Below, piece by piece: positions 42,289-51,490 of a DNA stretch of 64,000 nt. Location of the stretch: contig JBALDB010000007.1 of the NCBI GenBank assembly GCA_036918135.1, forward strand, positions 224,001 to 288,000, in the 5' to 3' direction. The position numbers and the translations under genes were made by a program. The stretch comes from Nostoc sp. (GTDB taxonomy: Bacteria; Cyanobacteriota; Cyanobacteriia; Cyanobacteriales; Nostocaceae). A model generated the notes under the pieces. The model was not told the DNA's origin. It saw only the letters and a list, made by a program, of their open reading frames with translations, and made no database searches. Numbering within the stretch: the stretch's first letter is position 1; every line of letters begins with the position of its first letter.

Positions 42289-43488
42289 TCACTCAGGTAA
42301 CTCATACTGCTCAACAATACGCTTAGCATACTCCGGAACATGTTCCTCTAACTTCTCAGGGTGATTCCGCTTCACATACAAATAATTGCGAGTAAAGTGA
42401 GAATCAATAGAAAACCGCGCATATTCCAAACCTTTAGGGCCAATTTTCTCAATCACCACACCCATCAATTTTGCAGCCCACATCGGCAAAGTCACCCCTT
42501 TATCGTAGGCGGGAATGCTTTGCTGTACAGCTTCTTTACGATTTCCTTTAGACATTACCGATTGAGTATCTAACTGGTCTTTTACCAAATCCAGCATTTC
42601 TTTGCCAGTGTCATTTCTAACTACAATCCACTGCCAACCGAAGGGTGCGCCCATGTAGCCAATGACTAAATCTGCTAGGGAGTTGACGTAATCAAAGCAA
42701 CTCATACAAGATGGGGCAAAGACATCTTTAAGTTTATTAGTCTTCAAGCCAAAGAAAGGCACGGTTTCTGTTGAGCCATCTTCATGTTTGAAGTGAACCC
42801 GAAAATCTTGCATGAATTCATAATGTACAACTGTGTCAGGCGATCGGCTAGTAGTTTCTAAGAATTTTTGCAGCCCAGCGCGGTTAACATTATCTACGCA
42901 AGGCGTACCCAAGACATACAATTTTTCTAAACCAAGTTGTTTTTCTACAGCTCGTAATGCCTGAATTTGACAACCAACCCCAATTACTAATAGCCGCTTC
43001 ATCCCGGATTTTTCTATTTGTTCCAACACCGAAAGATTAGGTGAAAGTGTTGGTTTGTTTACTCTGGCTGCAAGTATTTCTTCTGGAGTGCGGGCGATGA
43101 TGGGCATCGGTTGAAAGCGGTCTTCTTTGGTATTTTGTACGCAGACAACGCCTTCAACTAAGCTGCGATTGAGCATTTCAATGGCAATACTGCTGACGAT
43201 ACCCGTCCATTGTGCGCCTGCAATTGGTTGCTGTTTTCGTGCCGCCATCATGTCTTGATGAACACCAAAGTATAGCTCATCAGGATTATCGAGATTGCGC
43301 GATCGCCTATGCGCTTGTTCTTCAAGTTCGCCTATTTGCTGATTAAGAAAAGCGCAGGCTTCCTTGACATAGTGAATATAGTATGTATCGCACAGTCCGC
43401 ACTCGCTACATAGTTCTTTAGCAGGACGGCGGCTAGTAGGTTTTAAGGCTCTGGCTTTTTTATGCTTGCTAGAATCAACTGAGGTCAT
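42289..43488 (-). CDS. bciB: F420-hydrogenase beta-subunit family; 8-vinyl (divinyl chlorophyllide) reductase
   Basis: RPAKELCSECGLCD, GAQWTGIV, GVGCQ, GTPCVDN and SCMSCFDY; start at MTSVDSS. Confidence 0.88.
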   Translation of the reverse strand: MTSVDSSKHKKARALKPTSRRPAKELCSECGLCDTYYIHYVKEACAFLNQQIGELEEQAHRRSRNLDNPDELYFGVHQDMMAARKQQPIAGAQWTGIVSSIAIEMLNRSLVEGVVCVQNTKEDRFQPMPIIARTPEEILAARVNKPTLSPNLSVLEQIEKSGMKRLLVIGVGCQIQALRAVEKQLGLEKLYVLGTPCVDNVNRAGLQKFLETTSRSPDTVVHYEFMQDFRVHFKHEDGSTETVPFFGLKTNKLKDVFAPSCMSCFDYVNSLADLVIGYMGAPFGWQWIVVRNDTGKEMLDLVKDQLDTQSVMSKGNRKEAVQQSIPAYDKGVTLPMWAAKLMGVVIEKIGPKGLEYARFSIDSHFTRNYLYVKRNHPEKLEEHVPEYAKRIVEQYELPE

Positions 43489-43534
43489 ATAAATTTTTTG
43501 TTTTATCACTCTTATTACAATACCTTCAGTAGCT

Positions 43535-43618
43535 ATGAACTTCACGATAGAGATTGAACAAGAAGAAGATGGACGCTTCCTAGCAGAAGCGATCGGTTTA
43601 ACACCTAAAGATTTGTGA
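43535..43618 (+). pseudogene. Collapsed hicB-hicA toxin-antitoxin remnant (27 codons)
   Basis: MNFTIEIEQEEDGRFLAE resembles a HicB N-terminus; it is joined to GLTPKDL*, which resembles a HicA C-terminus. Confidence 0.6.
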
Positions 43619-43782
43619 TAAAAGTTTGAATTTTATATAAATAAGCTTCGTGAATTTAAGTATTGTCACTTTTTCTGCTTTAGGAAAAGTTAATTAAAGT
43701 TTTAAGTAAAAGTACAAATGCAGTTTAGAAAAAACTTCTGTTAGTTTTTTGATAACTACAGTAAGTGGAAGTAAATAAGGCA

Positions 43783-43992
43783 ATGGCTAAAAAATATAAG
43801 GAAAATGATGCTCAAGAAGCAGCAGCATTCGCAGCAGGTGGAGCAGTTACAGGTGCAGGAGTAGCTGCAACAGTTGGAGCTATGGGCTTAACAGTTGGAG
43901 GAACGGCTGTCGCTATTGGTGCAGCACCAGTTGTGGCAGCTGGTGCAGTTGTGGGATTGGCAGCTTACAGTTTAAAGAAACTTTTTGAATAA
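43783..43992 (+). CDS. Small glycine-zipper membrane protein 1 (69 aa)
   Basis: ATG after AAGG; long Gly/Ala/Val GxxxG-rich hydrophobic segment, homologous to the N-terminal repeats of 44811-46592. Confidence 0.85.
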   Translation: MAKKYKENDAQEAAAFAAGGAVTGAGVAATVGAMGLTVGGTAVAIGAAPVVAAGAVVGLAAYSLKKLFE

Positions 43993-44012
43993 AGTATAGA
44001 CGGTAAATATAA

Positions 44013-44270
44013 ATGGATAACCACGATAAAAATATTTTAGGTGCAATAGCAGGAGCAGTAGGTGCTACTGGTGTTGCTGGAGCAGTTGAAATAGGAATTC
44101 CTGTTGCTGCTCCTGGAATATTAGGCGCTATAGGATTAACTACTACAGCCACCATTGCTGTTCCAGCAGGATTTGTTGTAGGAGTTGTAGGTGGTGTCGG
44201 CTACGTAGGCTACAAAGTGCATAAGCACTTTAATGGCACAGACAGCAACAAACGCTTGCCTGGTATTTAA
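44013..44270 (+). CDS. Small glycine-zipper membrane protein 2 (85 aa)
   Basis: GAIAGAVGATGVAG...GVVGGVGYVGY followed by a basic tail; 20 bp after the previous gene. Confidence 0.8.
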   Translation: MDNHDKNILGAIAGAVGATGVAGAVEIGIPVAAPGILGAIGLTTTATIAVPAGFVVGVVGGVGYVGYKVHKHFNGTDSNKRLPGI

Positions 44271-44273
44271 TGG

Positions 44274-44645
44274 ATGACTTTAAGTAAGCGTCCTAATCCA
44301 CTCCAAAAACTGGTACGGGGTGTGATTCGGGATTTGATTAATCAAGCTAACAGTCAAAAGGCTGACAAACCTGCAAAGCAGAAAGCTAAAAAACTTGCTA
44401 TCGCCAAATCCCAATCTCAACCCAAGCAGAAAACAAAAAAGCGATCGCGCCACATTCCTCTATCAATTCGTTTCGCAGTTCTGCAAAGAGATAGTCACAA
44501 ATGCGTTTCCTGTGGCAAAAGTCCGCCAGAAGTGATCCTAGAGGTTGACCATAAAAAACCTTTCTCTAAAGGAGGCGGTAACGATATGAGTAACTTGCAA
44601 ACGCTATGTTTTGAGTGTAATCGTGGCAAGGGCGCGAGTAGCTAG
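44274..44645 (+). CDS. HNH endonuclease with basic N-terminal extension
   Basis: RD..KCVSCG...LEVDHKKPFSKGGGNDMSNLQTLCFECNRGKG. Confidence 0.92.
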   Translation: MTLSKRPNPLQKLVRGVIRDLINQANSQKADKPAKQKAKKLAIAKSQSQPKQKTKKRSRHIPLSIRFAVLQRDSHKCVSCGKSPPEVILEVDHKKPFSKGGGNDMSNLQTLCFECNRGKGASS

Positions 44646-44810
44646 ATATAAAGAGTAAAATATTTCCTCCAATTTGATAAATAGCCCTGCGGTAGATTTA
44701 CCAAGGGGCTTTCATTATTTAATGATTTCAACGATTGTTTTCGCATTAGCAAAAATTTACTAATTCTCAACTTTAACTAACTTAAATTCAACGATTAGGA
44801 ACGAAAAAAA

Positions 44811-46592
44811 GTGGTAGAAAACTCTAAAACAGGTGCGGCATTCATCGCTGGCGGAAGTATAGTAGGTGCTGGTGTTTCCGTAACGGTAGGCGGGATGGGA
44901 TTAGCCGGAGGATTTGGCGCAGTTGGCATTGGGACAACTCCTGTAGTTGGTGCTGGTGCTGTGGCTGGTGCAGCTGCTTATGGTGCATTCAAAGCGATCG
45001 CACAGGGAGATACTGCTGCTTTTGGTGCAATGGGAGTTGGTGCAGTCGGCGGTGCTGGTGTTTATAGCGTCGTTGGTAGTATGGGTTTAGTCGCACCGAA
45101 AGTAGGGCTGGCATTTGGTATTGGTGCAGTACCGATGGCGGGAGTTGGTGTAGTGGTAGGACTCGCCGCCTACGGTATTGCCAGGGTATTAGACGAATCT
45201 GAAATTAAAGAAACTCCAGCACAGCTTTTTGAGCGAATAGAAGAAAAAGTCTTGCAGATGGACTACTATTCGGCAGCAGTGATGGAATTAGAAGCATTTT
45301 TATCTGGTGAGGATCTCAACCAAAAATTTGCGGCTTTGGAAGTTGAGGATGAGTTACAAGCACTTAAGGCTCAATTAAAGAAAAAATCAGAATTTGTTAG
45401 CCCTAAACCTTCTATTGGTAACATTGAACAAGAAACAATATCTGTGACAACTCAGTTACCTGAAACTTGGAGATATGTACGCACATTCAAGGGTCACTTA
45501 GCAGGTGTTAATGCGATCGCTATTAGTCCTGATGGTACTACCTTAGTCAGTGCCAGTGATGACAGACAAGTTAATCTGTGGAACTTGAAAACTGGAAAAT
45601 GGCTTTACACTTTTTCTGGACAAGCAGAGGCAGTTTTATCTGTTGCTATCAGTCCAGATGGACAGCAAATTGCAAGTGGCAGTGTTGACCGCAAAATCAG
45701 CACTTGGCAGATGAATACAAGAAAATTTCTACATACATTATTTTATTTAAATTCTCCCTACAGTCATAATGGCTTTGTTAATTCAGTTGTCTATAGCCCT
45801 GATGGTAAAATCTTAGCTAGTGGTAGTGCTGATAAAACTATTAGAATTTGGGGACGCTACACGGGAACTCTAAAACGCACCTTGAATGGACATTCAGATG
45901 CAGTTTTGTCTCTCACTATCAGTCCCGATGGCGCAACTCTTGCAAGTGGTAGTGCTGATAAAACTATCAGACTTTGGGATTTAAAAACTTGCCAACAGCG
46001 CTGCATTATCACTGAACATTCAGCAGCAGTCAATACAGTTGTCATTAGTCTTGATAGTCAAACTTTGATTAGTGGTAGCTCAGACGCTACAATTAAACTG
46101 TGGAATCTCCATACTGGAGAATTACTCAGCACTTTTATTGGACACTCAACCGCAGTTTTGTCTATTGCCATTAGCCCCGATGGAAAAATCCTCGCTAGTG
46201 CTAGCAAAGACGGTATTATCAAACTTTGGAATCTACACGCTGGGAAACTACTGCAAACTCTTTCTGGGTGTAGTCCTGTTGCTTTCAATGCCGATGGCAA
46301 AACGCTGGTAAGTGGCGGTAATGGTGGGAGCATCAAAATTTGGAGTTACATACAAAGCAGTTACTTGAGATTCGACGCTGTACTATCAGGAGAATGGTGG
46401 GAAATATTGGGCGTGAATCCAAGTGATGATGCCAACCTTGTCAAACTTGCTTATTGCCAATTAGCAAGATTATATCATCCTGATGTCAACACTTGCACGA
46501 CTGCAAAAGCCTCAATGCAAGCAATTAATCAAGCTTATAAAGAATTTCAAAAGCAATTGAACGCTGACAATTATATAAACTTTGATAAATAA
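44811..46592 (+). CDS. 2x glycine-zipper + coiled coil + WD40 propeller + J-domain protein
   Basis: Two Gly-zipper repeats, DLNQKFAALEVEDELQALKAQL, seven WD40 repeats and C-terminal WWEILGV...AY..LARLYHPD. Confidence 0.9.
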   Translation: MVENSKTGAAFIAGGSIVGAGVSVTVGGMGLAGGFGAVGIGTTPVVGAGAVAGAAAYGAFKAIAQGDTAAFGAMGVGAVGGAGVYSVVGSMGLVAPKVGLAFGIGAVPMAGVGVVVGLAAYGIARVLDESEIKETPAQLFERIEEKVLQMDYYSAAVMELEAFLSGEDLNQKFAALEVEDELQALKAQLKKKSEFVSPKPSIGNIEQETISVTTQLPETWRYVRTFKGHLAGVNAIAISPDGTTLVSASDDRQVNLWNLKTGKWLYTFSGQAEAVLSVAISPDGQQIASGSVDRKISTWQMNTRKFLHTLFYLNSPYSHNGFVNSVVYSPDGKILASGSADKTIRIWGRYTGTLKRTLNGHSDAVLSLTISPDGATLASGSADKTIRLWDLKTCQQRCIITEHSAAVNTVVISLDSQTLISGSSDATIKLWNLHTGELLSTFIGHSTAVLSIAISPDGKILASASKDGIIKLWNLHAGKLLQTLSGCSPVAFNADGKTLVSGGNGGSIKIWSYIQSSYLRFDAVLSGEWWEILGVNPSDDANLVKLAYCQLARLYHPDVNTCTTAKASMQAINQAYKEFQKQLNADNYINFDK

Positions 46593-47264
46593 GCTACTAA
46601 CAAAATTAAGCAGACAGTCTAATGAGAAGCCAGTCAGTATCTAGGCATCTCTCCCGCCTCGTGCATGAGACTTAAATTTTCATTCTATTTACTTTGCTTT
46701 TTTTAGCTTTACTTCCCTAAGCACCTTATATTATCTATCAATAGGTAATATATATTCAGAAGTATTCATAAATTAAATTTTTTAACCATTCATCTTGCAT
46801 ATTATGACAAAAGGTTATAAATTATTATATTATAGGGGAATAATCTGAGTCTTTTAGCGTCAAAAACTAATTTTGATTAAGTAAGGATACTGTAACTAGT
46901 TTAAACTTCACCCGAACCTGAAACAGCACTGAAGATATATTTTTGTCTGGTAAAGCAAAGATTGCGGACATAAAGACACAAAGGTAAATTATCTAAAAAT
47001 ATATCTGATGTGACTGTTTGAAAATCAAATTACTGCTTACAGTGAAGAATAATCGAAATTCACCGAAAGAATAATTGATTAGAAGCTAATTAACTATCAA
47101 TAAAGTTGCATAATTATCAGCAGCTTTTTTCATTGTTATTTAAGGATTTTGCAAAATTCAATTTGCTATTCAAAAATTTATCTTTGTTATGTTAAGAATA
47201 GCAAAAGGAATTAATGAAGACGCATCTACCATAAATTCACAGTAGAAATGGAGTTATTCTGGCG

Positions 47265-48719
47265 ATGCACTCGAATGAATTAAAAATTACTGAAAATTCA
47301 AAAGAAGTAACAGAAGCTTATCAAGCACTAGAAAAGACAATTATCTACTATCAAGGACGCCCTGTTGGCACGGTAGCCGCTTATGATTTATCTGTAGAGG
47401 CTCTTAACTATGACCAGTGCTTTATTCGAGATTTTGTTTCTTCAGCTTTAATTTTTTTGCTCCAAGGTAGAGCAGATATTGTTCGGAATTTCTTAGAAGA
47501 AACCTTAAAGTTACAGCCTAAAGAAAAAGCGTTAGAAGCCTATAAGCCTGGTCGAGGATTAATCCCAGCTAGCTTTAAAGTGCTATCAGAAAATGGACAA
47601 GAATATTTAGAAGCAGACTTTGGCGAACATGCGATCGCCAGAGTCACACCAGTTGATTCTTGTCTATGGTGGATTATTTTGTTACGTGCTTATGTAGTCA
47701 CCACAGAAGATTTTTCTCTTGCCTATCAACCTGAATTCCAAAATGGTATCAGGTTAATCATGGAAATTTGCTTGGCGAATCGTTTTGATATGTACCCAAC
47801 GCTATTAGTTCCAGATGGCGCTTGCATGATTGACCGTCGTATGGGTATCTATGGGCATCCTTTAGAACTGCAAGTTCTCTTTTACACAGCATTACGTGCA
47901 TCACGCGAACTATTAATTTGTCAAGGTAATCAAGATATTGTCGTCGCTATTGATAACCGCCTACCTCTTTTATGCGCTCACATTCGTCAACATTATTGGA
48001 TAGATATTAATCGCCTGAATGCAGTTTATCGCTTCAAAAGTGAAGAATATGGTAAAGCTGCTGTGAATTTATTCAATATATATGTAGACTCAATTCCTTA
48101 TTATGAATTAGACAAATGGCTGCCGAAAAAAGGCGGTTATCTTGCAGGTAATGTTGGGCCGTCGCAGCTAGATACTCGCTTCTTTGCACTGGGAAACTTG
48201 ATGGCAATCATTTCAGACTTAGCTACTGAAGAACAGTCACAAGCGATTATGACTCTCATTGAGAAACGATGGGACGACTTAGTGGGAGATATGCCGATGA
48301 AAATCTGTTTTCCAGCTTTAGAAAATGAAGAGTACAGAATTGTCACTGGATGCGATCCGAAAAATATACCTTGGTCGTATCATAATGCGGGTAGTTGGCC
48401 AGTCTTAATGTGGATGTTGGCAGCAGCAGCAATAAAAACCAACAAAACAAGTCTGGCACAAAGAGCTATTGAAATTGCTCAAGCAAGGCTGTGTAAAGAT
48501 GAATGGCCAGAGTATTACGACGGTAAGAAAGGGCGACTAATTGGCAAACAAGCTAGGAAATATCAAACTTGGACAATTACCGGATTCTTATTAGCAAAAG
48601 AACTGATAGCTAACCCCTCTTGTTTACCATTAATTACTTTTGGAAAATTACCATCAGAAGTGGTTTCGAGAGCATGTGAATTGGAAATTGCTAGTGTAGA
48701 TCCGTATATGCCTCGATAA
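47265..48719 (+). CDS. invB: Alkaline/neutral invertase (GH100)
   Basis: [44 protein letters not shown] and SYHNAGSWP; the invB rather than invA call rests on length and is less certain. Confidence 0.88.
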   Translation: MHSNELKITENSKEVTEAYQALEKTIIYYQGRPVGTVAAYDLSVEALNYDQCFIRDFVSSALIFLLQGRADIVRNFLEETLKLQPKEKALEAYKPGRGLIPASFKVLSENGQEYLEADFGEHAIARVTPVDSCLWWIILLRAYVVTTEDFSLAYQPEFQNGIRLIMEICLANRFDMYPTLLVPDGACMIDRRMGIYGHPLELQVLFYTALRASRELLICQGNQDIVVAIDNRLPLLCAHIRQHYWIDINRLNAVYRFKSEEYGKAAVNLFNIYVDSIPYYELDKWLPKKGGYLAGNVGPSQLDTRFFALGNLMAIISDLATEEQSQAIMTLIEKRWDDLVGDMPMKICFPALENEEYRIVTGCDPKNIPWSYHNAGSWPVLMWMLAAAAIKTNKTSLAQRAIEIAQARLCKDEWPEYYDGKKGRLIGKQARKYQTWTITGFLLAKELIANPSCLPLITFGKLPSEVVSRACELEIASVDPYMPR

Positions 48720-48841
48720 GAAGTTAGAAGTTATTCAATTTTAGATTTGAGATTTTTTCTGGAATCCAAAATTCCAAATATAAAATTGGTAAAGTCAGGA
48801 GTTAGAATACAAAAGCTTCGTAACTCCTGATTTATGTTTAC

Positions 48842-50239
48842 ATGACAAACGCTCGTCAACTAGCTTTTATCGCCCTGCGAAATGTTCACAAAGGGGCTTA
48901 TGTTGATGTTGCTCTAGATAGAGTGCTGCAAAAAGTTAATTTGATTGATAGCGATCGCCGCCTAGTGACAGAATTAATTTATGGCACTGTCAGAAGGCAG
49001 CGCACCCTGGATACTCTGATTGACCAACTTGCCCAAAAGAAATCTCACCAACAACCAAAAGACCTCCGCACCATCCTACATCTAGGCTTATACCAACTGC
49101 GCTATCAAGAGCGTATTCCCGCTTCAGCTGCTGTTAATACCACCGTCCAACTAGCTAAAGAAAACGGTTTTTCTGGACTCACAGGTTTTGTTAATGGTCT
49201 ATTGCGCCAGTATCTCAGAAAGGCAGGGGAGCAGGGGGGCAGGGGGGCAGGGGGAGAAAATACTTTGTTATCTCTTCATACTGACCCGCTACAACTTCCA
49301 GAAAACCCAGTGGAACGCTTGGGTATTTTACACAGTTTTCCTGATTGGATTATTCAAGTTTGGTTAGAACAACTGGGTTTGGTTGAGACTGAACAACTAT
49401 GTGAATGGATGAACCAATCCCCAACTATTGACTTGCGTATCAACCCACTTCGCACTTCAATCGAGCAAGTTGAGTCAGCTTTGCAATCTGCTGGTGTTTT
49501 GGTGAGGCGCGTTCGTCATTTGCCGCAAGCGCTACGATTAATCGGTAATGCTGGGTCAATTCAAAAATTACCTGGTTTCCAAGAAGGTTGGTGGACTGTA
49601 CAAGATAGCAGTGCCCAATTGGTAAGTCATTTGCTTGACCCCAAACCAGGTGAGGTGGTGATTGATGCTTGTGCTGCACCAGGGGGTAAAACAACTCACA
49701 TTGCTGAGTTAATGCAAGATAAAGGAAAAATTTGGGCTTGCGATCGCACTTCTTCTCGTCTTCGCAAACTCCAAGAAAATTCTCAACGGCTAAATTTACA
49801 ATCTATTCAAATTTGCACTGGTGACAGCCGCCATTTTACCCAATTTTACAACACCGCAGACCGCGTATTACTCGATGCTCCATGTTCTGGCTTGGGAACT
49901 ATGCATCGTCACGCTGATGGTCGTTGGCGACAAACACCAGAATCTGTCCGGGAACTTTCGATGCTCCAAAAAGAACTACTAGGACATACATCTAATTTTG
50001 TCAAGCCCGGTGGTATACTAGTTTATGCTACCTGTACGCTACATCCAGCAGAAAACGAAGAAGTAATTTTAGAATTTTTAGCTGAGTCACCTAATTGGCA
50101 AATTGAGTCTCCAAATAGCTTTGAGTTCCCTGATTCTGCACATACTACACCTGAAGGCTCTTTCAAAGTCTGGCCTCATCGGCAGGACATGGATGGTTTT
50201 TTTATGGTGCGCTTAAGAAAAACCAACGATTCCGAGTGA
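48842..50239 (+). CDS. rsmB: 16S rRNA m5C967 methyltransferase
   Basis: NusB-like N-terminus, QDSSAQ, DACAAPGGKT, LDAPCSG and YATCT. Confidence 0.95.
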   Translation: MTNARQLAFIALRNVHKGAYVDVALDRVLQKVNLIDSDRRLVTELIYGTVRRQRTLDTLIDQLAQKKSHQQPKDLRTILHLGLYQLRYQERIPASAAVNTTVQLAKENGFSGLTGFVNGLLRQYLRKAGEQGGRGAGGENTLLSLHTDPLQLPENPVERLGILHSFPDWIIQVWLEQLGLVETEQLCEWMNQSPTIDLRINPLRTSIEQVESALQSAGVLVRRVRHLPQALRLIGNAGSIQKLPGFQEGWWTVQDSSAQLVSHLLDPKPGEVVIDACAAPGGKTTHIAELMQDKGKIWACDRTSSRLRKLQENSQRLNLQSIQICTGDSRHFTQFYNTADRVLLDAPCSGLGTMHRHADGRWRQTPESVRELSMLQKELLGHTSNFVKPGGILVYATCTLHPAENEEVILEFLAESPNWQIESPNSFEFPDSAHTTPEGSFKVWPHRQDMDGFFMVRLRKTNDSE

Positions 50240-50296
50240 ATACTGTTTGGGATTGTACGATTTGGTGGAAGCCTGAATCTACCAGAGGGGGCAACA

Positions 50297-50719
50297 ATGG
50301 TTACCCATTCCAATGTGAAAAACTTAGTTAAGATTCTGATTGGAGCCGCTTGGCTCGATGGCAGAATCCAACCAGAGGAACGGCAATATCTCCGCGAAAT
50401 AGCTCAAGCAAAAGGTTTGGCTAACGACCCAGAAATTAAGCCTTGGCTATACGAATTGGTTCCTGTACAGCCAAAAGAGTGTTATGAGTGGGTCAGGGAG
50501 TATTTAGGCGATCGCCCTAGCCTGCAAGACTGTGAAAATTTAATTGAAGCCATTAGTGGCTTGATTTACAGCGACGGCGAAGTAGCGATCGAAGAAGCTA
50601 AACTTCTGACCGAATTGCAGGACATCACCAAGCCGAATCAATCAAATCAATCGGCTCACACTCAACTTCTTAAACAAATTCAAAAGCTTTACCGCCGTTG
50701 GGTTGAAGTTCAAAACTAA
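50297..50719 (+). CDS. TerB-family protein
   Basis: ILIGAAWLDGRIQPEERQYL and YSDGEVAIEE. Confidence 0.85.
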   Translation: MVTHSNVKNLVKILIGAAWLDGRIQPEERQYLREIAQAKGLANDPEIKPWLYELVPVQPKECYEWVREYLGDRPSLQDCENLIEAISGLIYSDGEVAIEEAKLLTELQDITKPNQSNQSAHTQLLKQIQKLYRRWVEVQN

Positions 50720-50933
50720 CGAGGAATTAAGAGTTCTGAGTTGAGAATTTTTACTCACTAGTGAGCGAGAAGTTTTTAGCGGCAACTGATTGGCATAAAC
50801 GTCTTGTAGTCAGGGGATCGCAGTCTTGGCGGTTCTCGTCAATTGTGACCCCCCAAACCCAAAGGGCAAAGAAGCGCCCGAGTTTTCCCAAGGAGAGACG
50901 CCAAGGGCTAACCATAACTCAGACTCAGCACTA

Positions 50934-51170
50934 TTACTTTGTTGATGACTCCGGTTCACCCACACCTGGAGTTTCTTCTTTTTCAATCTTAGGTACAAAA
51001 TCAGGACGCTCTTTACTTTCCCAACCTGCGGGGCGTTTTGAGTTGTACCAAGCAATTGAACCAATAGTTACAGCAGCAACAAAACCAACGACATATACTA
51101 AGGTAAAAGCATAGGGAAAATTATTAGCATTAGCTGCGCCTTCTGCTGCTGTTTGCATCAATAAATGCAT
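50934..51170 (-). CDS. psb35: Photosystem II assembly protein Psb35-like
   Basis: FP..FTLVYVVGFVAAVTIGSIAWYNSKRPAGWE..ERPDFVPK. Confidence 0.75.
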   Translation of the reverse strand: MHLLMQTAAEGAANANNFPYAFTLVYVVGFVAAVTIGSIAWYNSKRPAGWESKERPDFVPKIEKEETPGVGEPESSTK

Positions 51171-51490
51171 GGGTATATTCTCCAAGGTTAGGTAACAGTT
51201 TTAAACACAATATAAAATCAGCTTATCACCTAACATCCCCCTGTAGTTTGAGCAACTTCATATTGCAGAGGGAAAAGTAAGTAAGGGGCGTGGGGATGAA
51301 GGAGATGTGGTTCAACTTCGCGGTAGTTGACTGTAGTCGAAACTCACCAACTGAAAGACAACTTGCAATAAGTCTTTCTTCGGAAGTTTCGATTGCCAAA
51401 AGCCCACTGGTGACTTCTGTTTTTGTGCCTCATCTTCTTGTTTCCCCGTATCTTCGTCTTGTGTCCTCTTCCCTATGCTGTATGCTCAAT

